Below the pieces are notes generated by a model that ran no database searches, was not told where the DNA came from, and saw only the letters and a program-made list of their open reading frames with translations. A stretch of DNA of 64,000 nucleotides from Malacoraja senta. Its lineage: Eukaryota. A program made the translations under genes and the position numbers. The DNA lies in contig CM075997.1 in assembly GCA_038087875.1 (NCBI GenBank), positions 5,892,001-5,956,000 on the forward strand, read 5' to 3'. Shown here one piece after another: positions 24,341-37,480 of this stretch (its first letter is position 1; the number at the start of each line of letters is the position of its first letter).

Positions 24341-26614
24341 CGTATATGCAACCAGTTGCCAGAAGTGACTGAGGCAGGTACTATAATCATATTAAAAAGA
24401 CATTTCTATAAGGATAGGAAAGGTTTGGAGGGATATGTGTCAAACGCAGGAAATTGGGGATCTGCTTAGAAATCTTGGTTGGCGTGGATGCGTTGGCCTG
24501 AAGGGTCTGTTCCGTGCTGTTCTATGACTATATTTGACTATTATTCTCATCATACTCATAAAACCCATGACTATTATTCAAATAATTCTTACTGCTTCAG
24601 GAGTTTGAAATATATTCAACAGTTATCAGTGTCCTTGTGCATGATTTGAAATAGGTTATTATCGGGCATAACAAATAATTAAGAAAGCTGGCCACATGCC
24701 ATTCTTCATTGCTAACAAAATTGAATACAAAAGTGAGGAGATTATGTTTCAGTTCTTCATCAGTTAGATATCATCCTTTGAACTATATACAGTAACAGCT
24801 TCTTATTTAAGGAAGGAAATAAATGTTATGGAAACAGTTCAGAGAAGGTTTACTTCAGATCTTCCTTCTGGAATGGGCATGTTCTACTGTAATCAAATGA
24901 ACGATAGACTGAACGTATCCACTGGAGTTTAAAAGAGAAGTTACTTGATTGAAACATTGGAGACACAGAGTGGCTTCATTTGGGTGAATGTGGATAAGAT
25001 GCTTCCCCTTGTGGAGAACCTAGAATTAAGGATCACTGTCTTTTAAAGTTACCCTTTTTAATAGTTACCCATTTAAGATCGATGAGACAATTTTGTTTCT
25101 CAGCATGTGAAAAGGACTCTGGTGAGTTTGAAAGGATGGTGGAAGGAAGCCCTTTTTAGTTTAAAGGAATCGTGGTAATGGGACTGACGTGAGTTTAACA
25201 AAATCGTGGTAATGGGAACCCATTGTGAGTTTAATGACAGCTTGGAAATGAGGCCTAGATGAAGTTAAAATTGTTTGAGCAGGGCCCTGGTGCATTTGAA
25301 GGAGGAGTGTAGGACTGAATGAGCCAGATGTGAAACCATCGGGATGTCTGACCTGTAAGATGGTGGAATTTTGGAGTTTTACTCTAGTTGCAACTCAGAA
25401 GAGCAAGTGATTGATTTTGCTGTAGTTAGTACTGTAGTCAAATGTATTGTTTATACTGGTCTCTGGGAAATGACATTGAAATCTTGTCAAAAGGACCTGG
25501 TTAAATATCAAAACTAAACAAAATGACCAATAAATGGTTGTAATCATGTTTCTCTATATATTTAAAAAAAATCAAGTTTCAATTGCAAAGAGCTGCAGAT
25601 AAGAAAATGGGAACCTGTATATATGGGGAAATATGCATATTGGTTTGGATGACATCATGAGGATTTGGACAAACAATGGTGGGGTTTTTTTTGGCTTCCC
25701 CCATCAGACAAAATTATTACATTTTCTTCTGTGCTCACAGGAGCAGGAGTCTTAAATCCATTACTTTCTGCTGAGGCGCAAAGGAAAGCTACAGCCTACT
25801 TGTCATTATTTCTATGCCTGCCGCACTGTAAACTTAACTGACTGTTAGGCATATACCTACAACACTTGAATTACCATAACCCCTGTTCCCTGTCTCTGCC
25901 ATCTTGAGTTTTTCCCATATTCTGCACCTCTCTGGTCCATCACAACACCTATAAACGTCGATGCCAAGGGTTTTCCAATGGGTTCACCATCTTCAAATTC
26001 AAATGTGTAGATGCAAATTTATAAATTTCACAAGATTAATTTTGCATTCCATTTTAAAAAGAGAATCAACTTCACAGGGGAAACTTTATAGGTATGTATA
26101 ATTACAATGCTTAAATTTACAATGCTCAAAATTACAATGCTTAAATGCACCTGCCAAAATTACAATTTTGGCAGGTGCATTGTTAAAGTTTATATAGATG
26201 TGCGCCAAGTGAAGTCAAATAGGGACATAAGTCTGCAGATGCTGGAATCTGAAAAAGTGCCCCAACCCGAAACATCTTCTATCATTTCTCCCCTCAGGTG
26301 CTGCCTGTCCTGCTGAGTTCCTCCAGCAGTTTGTTTGTTTGCAGGCAAATAGAACTAGCTCAGTTAGACATCTTGGTTGCCATGGCTGAGTTTGACCTGG
26401 AGAGTTGAGCTGGGGGGGGGGGGGGGGGGGGGGGGACTGTTTCCATGGCATATAATTCTATGACTTTCGATCTGTGGTCAGACCATTGAAATTTGAGTCG
26501 ACTTTGATTTCTACCCAACAATTATTCTAGATCATGAATTTTGTGGTCCATTCTGTTCTATTTTAATATTTAATTTCAGTACTTTACATTGATGAGTAAG
26601 TGACCACAGCAAAA

Positions 26615-26965
26615 CACATCAGCTGGATTGATCCTCTCTAGTATATTAGAAATCAATATCAGCCCTTGTTGATTAGTAACAATATAATTAATTCCAATTC
26701 TTGAAAGCTGTTTGTTAACTTGGTAAAATTTGTACGGTTGTTTCATTGCCAGCTGATTATTCACGATGCATCAAATTGTAAATCTCATGCCCTGTATGTT
26801 TACCGTCCTTGCAGCTGTTGTGTGCATGATTAATACTGTCAGCTGGACTAACATAGCTGTGTTGTGCAATATATTACGTGAAGTCAACCAAGATACTGCG
26901 TCAAAAGCACTCCCCACAGAGCTCAAATTGCAGCTGCTGAGGACATTCCAGTGGTAAAAAATAGC
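26615..26965. promoter_or_regulatory. Candidate intronic skeletal-muscle enhancer
   Basis: Five CAGCTG E-boxes (26620, 26750, 26812, 26840, 26931), an MCAT/TEAD motif ACATTCCA (26943-26950) and an imperfect MEF2-like TAAAAAATAG (26955-26964), in sequence with no repeat I recognise. Confidence 0.5.
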
Positions 26966-27239
26966 AGTAAAAAACGTCTCCGTTGCCTAATGTCTATCTA
27001 TGGTAAACTGATTTGGAGTGTATTTGAATAGGCTCTAGTTCGCATAGATAGTGCTTCTGCTGAGAGCAACATTGTTTTCTGTCATGATAAATAAAATCAC
27101 ATTTATGGAACAAAAGGAATTACAGTCATGTTTTGCATTTAATTCTGCTTCATAATGGAATTTTAACATAATAGATGATTACCTGAAACTTAGGCTTAGA
27201 AACGTAAGCATTAATGAAAATGCACAAGATTGGCAAAAG

Positions 27240-28730
27240 CATAGGCATAAAAAGCTGGAGTAACTCAGCGTGGCAGGCAGCATCTCTGGAGAGAAGGAAT
27301 GGGTGATGTTCCGGGTCAAGACCCTTGTTCGGACTGAAAGTCACGGGAAATGGAAACGAGAGATATAGACGATGGTGTGGAGAGATATAGAACAATGAAT
27401 GAAAGATATGCAAAAAAAGTAACGATGATAAAGGAAACAGGCCATTGTTAGCTGTTTGTTTGGTGAGAGCGAGAAGCTGGTGTGACTTGAGTGGGGGAGG
27501 GAGAGGGAATGCAGGGGTTACTTGAAGTTAGAGAAATCAATATTCATACCACTGGGCTGTAAGTTCCCCAAGCGAAATATGAGATGATAGCCTCACTCTG
27601 ACAATGGAGGAGGTTTAGGACAGAAAGGTCAGTGTGGGAATGGGAAGGGGAATTAAAGTGTTTAGCAACTGGGAGATCAGGTAGATGCAGGTGGACTGAG
27701 CGATGGTGTTCAGCGAAACGATCGCCCAGTCTACGTTTGGTCTCGCCGATGTATACGAATCCACATCTTGAACAATGGATGCAGTAGATGAGGTTGGAGG
27801 AGGTGCAAGCGAACCTCTGCCTAACCTGAAAGGACTGTCAAAGTCCCTGGACGGAGTCGAGGGAGGAGGTATACGGACAGGTTTTGCATCTCCTGCAGTT
27901 GCAGGGGAAGGTACCTGGGGAGGAGGTGGTTTGAGTGGAAAAGGATGAGTTAACCAAGGAGTTGCGGAGGGAATGGTCTCTGCGGAAGGTGGAAAGGGGT
28001 GGTGATAGGAAGATGTGACTAGAGGTGGGATCCCGTTGGAGGGGCGAAAATGTTGGAGGATTATGTGTTGTATGAGACAGCTGATGGGGTGAGAGGTAAG
28101 GACTAGGGGGACTTTGACCCTGTTGCGACTAGGGGGAGGGGGAGCAAGGGTGCTGCTGCAGGGTACCGAGGAGACACGAGTGAGGGCCTCATCTATGATG
28201 GAAGTGGGGAACCCCCGTTGCTTAAAGAATGAGGACATCTTACCTGGTATAAAACACCTCATCTTGGGCGCAGATGTGGCTTAGATGAAGGAATTGGGAG
28301 TAGGGGATAGGGTAGTTGCAGGAAACGGGGTGGGAAGAAGTGTAATCGAGATAGTTGTGGGAGTCAGAGGGTTTGTAATAGACCATCTCGTGTGGTGGAG
28401 ATTGAGATCAAAAAGGGGAGGGAGGTGTCGGAGATGGTCCGAGTGAATTTGAGTACCAGTTGGAGATTGGTGGTAAAGTTGATGAAGTCCATGAGTTCTG
28501 CATGGGTGCAGGAGGTAGCACCGATGAAATTGTCTATGTAACGGAGATAGAGTTCGGGGATAGGGCCATTGTATGCTTGGAACAGGGATTGGCCAATGGC
28601 TACAAAGAAGCAGGCATAGCTGGGGCCCGTGCGAATGCCCATAGTTACGCCTTTGATTTGGAGGAATTGGGAGGAGTCGAAGGAGAAGTTGTTAAGGGTG
28701 AGTACCGGCTCCGCTAGGCAGAGCAACAGC
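27240..28730 (-). mobile_element. Penelope-like retroelement (RT C-terminal part, GIY-YIG endonuclease, 3' terminus), decayed
   Basis: LTLNNFSF...QIKGVTMG...GPSYAC, LRYIDNF (YIDD variant), CNCRRCKTC zinc motif and LIYCIHC...VYIGETKRRLGDRFAEH, read across frames. Confidence 0.9.
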
Positions 28731-29635
28731 TTGTGGCAAGTGGATTGGGGGATGGGATGGAGTGTGGCACGGGATTGAGGTGGGAAAGGAAAAGACAAAC
28801 TTTTGTAAAAGAGATTAGTGGTTTTAATGAAGGAAGGTAGAAACGAGCCTCTTATGATGCAAGGCAATACTTTGTTTCAAATGGTGTAAGTAATTAACAG
28901 CTGCAGGCCTTTGGGACTAAGATCGGCTACTATAGAATTGCCCAATGACCAGCACCTGCAAGATAACATGGTTCAACGCCTGACCAATTGCACAGAGAAT
29001 TAATCCAACTTAATGTGCTCTGGTATAGAAATTGTTTTTATGTCATTCAGATGACTCGCACCAGGAAGTTGCCTGGTTGAATTTCAAGAATGATGAGAAA
29101 GGAAAATATTTGTTAACATGTTTCTCTGGATAAAATCAACTTTCTGATGCACAAGATTAAAAAAAATATCAGTATTGTGCATAGAATTTCCAGCTGCTGG
29201 TCTATGATGTTTGGAACTGTTATGTAATTAGTAGGTCATGCAGATTATGCGCTACCTTGCTTTGATCTCAGATCAAATGGAAATATTTCATGGTATAATA
29301 GGAGAGCAGATTTAGTGGTTTGCATTCTTCATAACGTTAACATACTTGACAATATTTGATGCTATATTATGTTGGCTTTTAATAAAGTTCTCTGGAATAC
29401 AAAGTTGCCTGTGCCCTTCCAATCTCAATGAGGGATAATAGAAACATTTAGAAACTGATTTGCATCACAAAAAGCTTAAGTGCTACTGCATGGTGACCCA
29501 ATGACTGTTTCCGTTATGAGCCTGTCACTGCAAAATCCTGTGTAAGGCAGTACCTAGTAAAAGTCGAGTGGATGCGGCTACTTGTGGATGCAGCAAGATA
29601 CAACGAGTGGGATTTTTTTTAAAGCAAGGTAGTAA

Positions 29636-29822
29636 AGGGCCTGTCACGGTATGTATGCATGTAAAGGGTGACAGCTGTATGGTCATGAGTAGTCCCCCAA
29701 AGAGTCGTACCTTTTTCTGGTCGCCGCTGTATTTTCAACATGTTGAACATTTTCAGCGACCTGCTGCGACTATGACGGATGCCGGCAGTCGCCAAAAAAA
29801 TCGGGTAAGTGGGACAGGCCCT
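29636..29822. mobile_element. PIF/Harbinger-type MITE
   Basis: Terminal inverted repeats AGGGCCTGTC.../...GACAGGCCCT with 3-bp TSD TAA (29633-29635, 29823-29825), inserted in a CR1 fragment. Confidence 0.75.
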
Positions 29823-29825
29823 TAA

Positions 29826-32800
29826 GGGTTCAGGGCCAACATGTTCCTGTAAGGGTGAAAGACAAAGATAGCAAGCTGATTGAATAGGAATATTGAGGGC
29901 CTGATAAAGGAAAAAGAAAGGAAGGATGTGGCAGGTATAATCAACCAGAGATCAAGGCAAGCTGGACAAACTAGATTCAAAATTGGCTTGGTGATAGGAG
30001 GCAGAGAATAGTGATGGAGGAATGTCTTTCTGATTGGAAGTCTTTGACTAATGGAGTGCCAAACGGGTAGGTGCTGGGTCCACTGTTGTTTTGGATGATA
30101 TTATAGTTAATATTGTTAGTAAATTTGCAGATGACACCAAGATTGGTGGTATAGCAAACAGTGAGGACAGATATCTAAGTTTACAGCAAGATCGAGATTA
30201 GTTAGAAAAGTTGGCTAAGGAATGGTAAATTGAACCCACTCATCAGTGCCCAATTTTGGTTTTGCCAGGATCACAACTGCAGATAATGTTTTATTTTCTC
30301 ATTTTCTGTGGCTTGCCCATTCCTGGTGGTGAGGTGCCTTCCCGAACTGAAGGTATTCCCAGAGTGCTGTTGTTGGGTAGAGAATTCCATGGTTTAAACC
30401 AAGTGAAGATGAAGGAATGGCAATATATTTTGAAGTGAGATGGTGTGTGACTTGGAGGGGAACCTGCAAATCATTGTGTTCCCTCTGCCTGCTAACCTAT
30501 TCCTTTTTGGTGCTAAGGGTAGTGGGATTGAGGGAAGCTGTTGAAGTCTTGGTGAGCATTTTGTTGATCGGGCACATTCTAACCATGTTGCGATATTGGT
30601 CTGCAGGTGCAGTGACTAGAGATGAGGGGCTTTTGGCCATTGGGTGCCGGTGCAAGATTGGAGTCTGTGTCATGCGATTAGAGCTGGTGGGGGTAGCTGG
30701 GATGTAATTCTGAGGATGCTGGAAATCTGATGAAAATAGAAAATGATTGAAATACTCAGCAGTTTAGGACATAGCTGTGGAAAGATAAACTGCTGTGGAA
30801 AGTCAATGACAGAAGGGTCTTTGCCTTCAATTGTTAACTCTTTTTCTTTTCACAATTCTGCTAACCTGCTGAGAATTTCAAGTATTTTCTGATAACTATG
30901 GGAAGTTTAAGAAGAGTAAGTGTTAAAAAAAACAAAATAGGGGGAACTTCCTTTATTAGTCAACCCTTGCCAATTAGTCAATGGCTGCTACAGTGCTTAC
31001 GAAGCATCGTCATTCAAGGACCTGCCTGCATTGATACTCTTCGAAGCAAGGTGACTGAGGAATAAAGATATGACCTTGGTCAAATAATGCATGATACAGG
31101 TTCAAAAAGTGAGGATATAGAAAATCTGAAACTGCCTGAGAATCTGAAAGCTGAGACTGCCAGAAGATCTCAACAGGTCTGCATCCATGGAGAGAGAACA
31201 ATACTTCCAGCATTTTCAGTTTTATTTTCATGTGTCATGTAGTTTATGTTTGCATTGTATTCCATTTCTGAAATTCTGTTTCAATGATCTAATACAGTTG
31301 AATTTTAAAAGTACTTATTTCGAGTGTAGGAAGCTGAGGAGTGACCATATTGAGGTGTACAAGATCATTTTGGGCATTAGAAAAGTGAATGCTCCCTGTC
31401 TTTTTCCCAGGGGAGCGAATTGTAAAAGTAGAGATCTGGACTTAAGGTGACACAGGAAAGATTTTAGTGAGACCTTAGGGCGACTTTCACATTCAGAGTG
31501 TGATCAATCGCTGGAATGCGCTGCCAGAGGAAGCTATAGAAACAGATACAATTTTTTGAAAGGACGTTTGGACAGATATATGGATCAGAGACAGAGTGAA
31601 TATTGGCCATATCCAGGCAAATAGAACTAGTCCAGAATTCCAACTTGGTCAGCATGGACAAGGTGGGCCAAACGGCTAGTTTCCATACTATGACTACTGA
31701 ATCATTTCATAGATTAGACAGCATTACATGAGTTTGTAAGAGCATAATAAATACAAGTGAGAGTATACCATTTTGCTGCTGGACCCTTTGTGTCATTCAA
31801 TATGATTGTAGCTAATCTTTTCCGCAGCACCACTTAGTTCTACTAACTGTATATTTTATTTATTTTTTATTGATATGCAAAAAATATGAACATATCTCAA
31901 ATACACCCAATGACCTAGGCTCCCCAGTTTCTTTGATCAGATAATTCTTGAAATATTTTCTTGCATTTCTGTCTTGAGTAGCCAATCCTCTATTTTGGGA
32001 TTGTGCTCTCTGATTCTGGACACTTCAGCTAGGGTCATATACAACCCGGAAACAGGCCCTTTGGCCCTACTCGTCCATGCCAACCTAGGTGCCCCATATA
32101 AGCTAGTCCCATTTGCCTGTGTTTGGCCCATATCCCTCAAAATCTTTCCTATCCATGTACTTTTTGCAAGTGTCTTGTAAATACTGTTATAGTACTGCCT
32201 CAACTACCTCCTCGGGCAGCTCATTCCATATACCCTATGAGTGAAAAAGATGGCCCCAGGTTCATATTAAATTTTACTCTTCTCACCTAAAACCTATGTC
32301 CTTTGTGATTTGATTCTCCTACCCTAGGTAAAAGACTATGCATTCACGCTGTCTATTCCCCTCATGATTTTATATACCTCCATAAGATCACTCCTCTGTC
32401 TCCTGTGCTCCAAGGAATTAAGTCCCAGCCTCCCTAGCCTCGCCCTATGTCTCAACCCCTCAGGTCCTGCCAAGATTCTTGCAAATCTTCTTTGCACACT
32501 TTCCAGATTAATGACATCCCTCCTACAACAGTTTTACCAAAACTGAATGTGGCTTCACCAACTATGTACAACTATAACATATTCTCCTTACTTCTATACT
32601 GAACACCCTGATTGATGAAAGCCAATGTACCTATGTGTGATGTCACTTTCAGGGAACTATGTACCTGCATTCCTAGATCCCTCTGCCTCCACAACAATCC
32701 CCAGCATTCACTATGAAGGTCCTGCCCTGGTTTGAATTCTCAAAATGCAACATCTGCATTAAATATAATTTGCCATTGGTCAGCCCAGTTGATCAAGAGC

Positions 32801-33240
32801 TAGGAAAAGATTACCACTGTATATATCCTATCAATCTCTGTGAAGAGCTTGAATGTTTTCATGCGATCACCTGCCATTGTTCTAAACCGAAAGAGAAAGA
32901 TATCAAGATAGCACTGGAGATTGGCGACTCTTATGTGCTGACCCAATCGGGGATCTACTCTACTCTATTTCCTCAGCGCTTGTTCCATATTCCCACCCCC
33001 TCTGTGTGAAAATGTTGCCCCTCATGCTTCGATTAAATCTTTCCCTTCTCACCTTAAACCTATGTCCTCTTGCTCTTGATTCGCCTACTCTGGGTGAAAG
33101 ACATTCGTCATATCTATTCCCTTCATGAACTTTACACCTCTATACGATCACCCGTCATCCTCCTGCATTACCATCCTAGCCTGCCCAACCTCTCCCTGGA
33201 GCTCACCCCCTCATCCTGAGCTCAGCCCCTCGAGTCTTTA
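29826..33240. mobile_element. Scattered old CR1-clade LINE fragments (~29826-30230 +, 31320-31700 +, 32030-32760 -, 33000-33240 -)
   Basis: Degenerate KFADDTKIGG, RKLRSDHIEVYKI and CR1/HER1 3' UTR-like sequence. Boundaries approximate; intervening DNA unassigned. Confidence 0.7.
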
Positions 33241-34269
33241 ACACCACTAAGGGTCTGATGGTCAAATCTCTCAATATCTGCAAACTGCCACCTCTTTAGC
33301 TGCATTAGGCACTAGCAAAAGATTCTGAAAGACACTCCATGGCATCCTTTTTATTTGAAAGACAAAGTATTTCATAGCATACTGACATATCTCCAGAGAT
33401 TCATAATCCTGAGTACCCATTATCAACAGCTCTGGAGAATTAGGGAAACATGACAACATATCTGGTCTGTACAGCACTTTGGTCAACGTGGGTTGTTTTT
33501 AAATGTGCTTAAAATAAACAAAAATAAAAATATAAAGCTACCTTTTGAGCCATCAACTTCTTGTTGGTTGTATTGGAGATTTTTCCATTCTCACAATTCT
33601 TTTCTGCCAATTTTGACTAACGTGCTTAACCAATTCCCTAAGTCCCCACTGACTCTTTTTCCTCCACTCCTACAGACACAGAGTATAATAGAGCATACGT
33701 ACACACAAAATTCTTGATTGATTTAATCTCTATGCCCATGTAAAAATATTCAATTTCATGTATACTTATACCATATCTCTGCAGAATTACCAACCTACTT
33801 TCAGACCTCACCAAATCTTCCTTCTGCAATCTGGGCTGCTTCCATCTGGATTTATTAATGAGCTTACTTTGTACAAGGCTTAAGACCCCCTCTTTATCAG
33901 TTATTGTTCTATCCACTTATTCTGCTACCTTTCTCTGGTTATTTTGGCATCTTCCTTGGTAAGACTGGAGATATCAACTGCCCAATATGCATATTTTACC
34001 TTCTTGGTCACTCATCAGCTCGACCTTTCCTCTCATGACCAATTTAATATTTATATACCTAGAGAAGGCTCTTGGGTTCCCATTATGCTAACTGTCATGC
34101 TATTCTTGTATTCTCTCTTTGCCTGTCCTATTTTCCTTTTCACCTTCCTTCTTTGCTTCTAACATTAAAGTTTGATTCTCGTCTGAATTATCTGGCAGAC
34201 GTGTGCTGCACATCCCTTTGCTTTTGTCATGTTGTCTACCTCCTGTAAAATCTCTACCTGTTGTTTCTT

Positions 34270-37200
34270 TAACTTTCTCTTTATGTCCCTTATTTAAAGA
34301 TTATCGACATATCAAGGGAATCAATAAAAGGAATAAAGGAAGGATATCATAGGTATAGAACCTGGGGTCTTAAAAAAGAAGTTTGGAGGGTAAGAAGGGC
34401 CCATAAAATATCACTGACAAATGAGATTGAGGAAAATCACAATGCATTTTAAGTATATTAAAAGAAAGAGGATAAGTAGAGTGGAGTCTATTTGGGACAA
34501 AATAGACTATTTGTGCATAGGGCCAGGAGACATGGGCACAATTTAAATGAAAAATGTTCACTAAGTAAAAAATCACTTTGTAGATGGAGATTTCATTTGT
34601 CGTTGTGAATTTCTGAAGAATATTAAGATAAAAAATGAGGAGGTATCAGATACTTAGCAGGTACAAAGGTAGATAAATTCCCTGGGCCTGGATGAGATGT
34701 ATCCCAGCCCGCTCTGGAAAGCAAAGGACGGGATTGCTGAGAATATGACAGAGATGCTGAAAACTTTGCTGGCCGCAGGTGGTGTCAGATACGTAAATGC
34801 AAGAAAAATTAACAGGATAAACAGATAATCATAGGCGAGTTAATGTAATATCAGCAGTCACGAAATTATTGGAAACAAATTTGATGTACAAGAAAGGCAG
34901 GGATTAATCAGGCATAGCCACTATCAATTTAGATGTGAATGGATAAATATGATTACATTTGCAGATAACATTACATTGTTGGTATTGATATTGACAGAGA
35001 AAATATGCTGGAAATATTCCAACAATCCCATTCCTTCTCTCCAGAGATCCTGAGTTACTCCAGTATTTTGTGTCTATCTTGTTGGAAATGATATGGTTCA
35101 GATGGTAAACCAATCAGTGCAATAGGAAATTGAATTTAATCCTGATAAGTCTGGGTTGATGTATTTGTGGTGACTAAGTAGGGTAGGACAGACACCATGA
35201 TTGTTGATTGGAAAGGGATCCTAGCAGGAATGGTGGTGGAACAGCAATGGCAAGAATTTCTGGGAATATTACAGACACACGCCGGATCTTTTCATTCTAA
35301 ACAGGAAGAATGATTCCAACAGGAGAATGAGGCGACCGTGGCTGACAAGGGAAGTCAAAGACAGCATAAAATTAAAAGAGAAGGCATATAACATTGCCAA
35401 GATTAGTGGGAAGCTAGAGGATTGGGAAGCTTTTAAAAACAACAGCTGGAAACTAAAAAGGCAATAAGGGGAGAAAAGATGAAATATGAAAGTAAGCTAG
35501 CCAATAATAAAATGAGGATAGCAAAAGTTTCCAGCAGCATGCCTTAATTCAGGTGAGTCAGAGGGTAGAGGTTAGTGGAGTGGCTATTACTAATGAGAAG
35601 GTGGTTGGGAAGCTGAGTAGACTGAAGGTAGATAAGTCACCTGGACCGGATGGACTGCACCCCATGGGTCTGAAGGTGGTGATTTGAGAGATTGTGGAGA
35701 CTTTGGTAGTGATCCTTCAAGAATCTCTTGCCCAGAGTAGGGGAATCGAGGACATAGGTTCAAGGTGAAGGGGAAAAGATTTAATAGGAATCTGAGGGGT
35801 AACCTATTCAAACAAAGGGTGGTGGGTGTATGGAACCAGCTGCCAGAGGAGGTAATTGAGGCTGGGACTATCCCATCGTTTAAGAAACAGTTAGACAGGT
35901 ACATGGATAGGACAGGTTTGGAGGGATATGGACCAAACGCGGGCAGGTGGGACTAGTGTAACTGGGACATTGTTGGCTGGTGTGGGAAAGTTAGGCCGAA
36001 GGGCCTGTTTCCACACTGTGGCACTCTATGACTCTAATCACTGGAATCAGGAGTTGTTCCAGACTATTGGAAGATTGCAAATATTACTCTGCTGTACAAG
36101 AAGGGAGCGAATTCAATAGGCCGGTTAGCGTGACTTCAGTGGTTGGTATGATATTAGATTTCATTATAAAGGATGAGGTTTCTGAGTACTTGGAAGCACA
36201 TGATAAAATAGGCCAAAGTCAGCATGATTTGGGGAAAGGGAGATCTTGCCTGATGAATCTTTTGGAATTATTTGAGGAAATAAATAGCTGGATAGACAGA
36301 GTGTCAGTGGTTGTTGTTTACCCGGATTTTCAGGCCTTTGCTAAATTGCCACACATGAAGATGCTAAAGAAGATGAGAGTCCATGGTGTCAGAGGGAAGA
36401 TACTAGCATAGATATGTTGGCTGCATGGCGGAAGGCAAAGAGTGGCAATAAAGGAGGCTTTTTCTGATTGGCTGCCAGTGATTAACGGTGTTCCACATGG
36501 GTCGGTGCTGGAGTCGCTACTCTTCACGTTGTATATCAATGATCGATGAGGGGATTAAAGGCTTTGTGGCGCAGATTGTAGATGATATGAAGATAGATGG
36601 TGGGGCAGGTAGTGTAGAGGAAGCAGGGATTCTGCAAAAGGATTTTGACAGGTTGAGAGAGTGGGCAAAGAAGTTGCAGATGGAATACAACGTAGCAAAG
36701 TGTGGAGTCGTGAATTTTGAGAGAAGGAATAAAGGCGTAGACTGTTTTCTAAATGGGGAGAGAATTTAGAAATCAGAGGTGCAAAGGGGCTAGGGAGTGC
36801 TGGTGCAGGATTCCCAAAATGTTAATTTGCAGGTTGAATCAGTAATAAGGAAAGCAAATGCAATGTTAGTATTTACAAAGTGAACTAGAATATAAAAACG
36901 TGGATGTCATGCTGAGGCACTGGTCAGACCGCATTTGGAGTATTGGGAGCAGTTCTGCCCCCATATCTAAGAAAGCATGTGCTGGCGTTGGGACAGGATC
37001 CAAAGGAGGTTTACGAGAATGATCCCAGGAATGATTGGATTAACATATGATGAGCATTTGATAGCACTGGGTCTGTACTCACTCAAGGATGAGGGGATAC
37101 TCTATTGAAATGTACTGAATAGTGAAAGGCCTGGATAGAGTGGATGTGGAGAGGATTTCCGCTAGTGGGAGTGTCAAGGAACAGAGGTCATTGCCTCAGA

Positions 37201-37480
37201 ATAAAAGGAAATGCCTTTAGAAAAGAGATGAGGAGGAATTTCTTTAGTCAGAGGGTGGTGAATCTGTGGAATCCATTGCCACAGATGGCTGTGGAGGCCA
37301 AGTCAATGAGTATTTTTAAGGCACAGATTGACAGATTCTTGAATAGCAAGGGTGTCAGCGGTTATGGGTAGAAGGCAGCAGAATGGGGTTGAGAGAGAAA
37401 GATAGGTCAGCCATGATTGAATGGTGGAGTAAGCTTGATGGGTGGAATGGCCTAATTCTGCTCCTATAACTTATGAATAT
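34270..37480 (+). mobile_element. Decayed CR1 LINEs, including a HER1-like 3' fragment (~35725-36035) nested in a longer CR1 (~35205-37480)
   Basis: RPVSVTSVVG, GRSCLMNLL, RRNFFSQRVVNLWN; the nested piece has KGKRFNRNLRGNLFKQRVV and a ctctatgactct tail. Confidence 0.85.

Noticed and set aside
26101..26145. CRISPR-like or other prokaryotic repeat array
   Set aside because: Direct tandem 15-mers without unique spacers, in a spliced vertebrate gene; no cas-like ORFs anywhere in the window.
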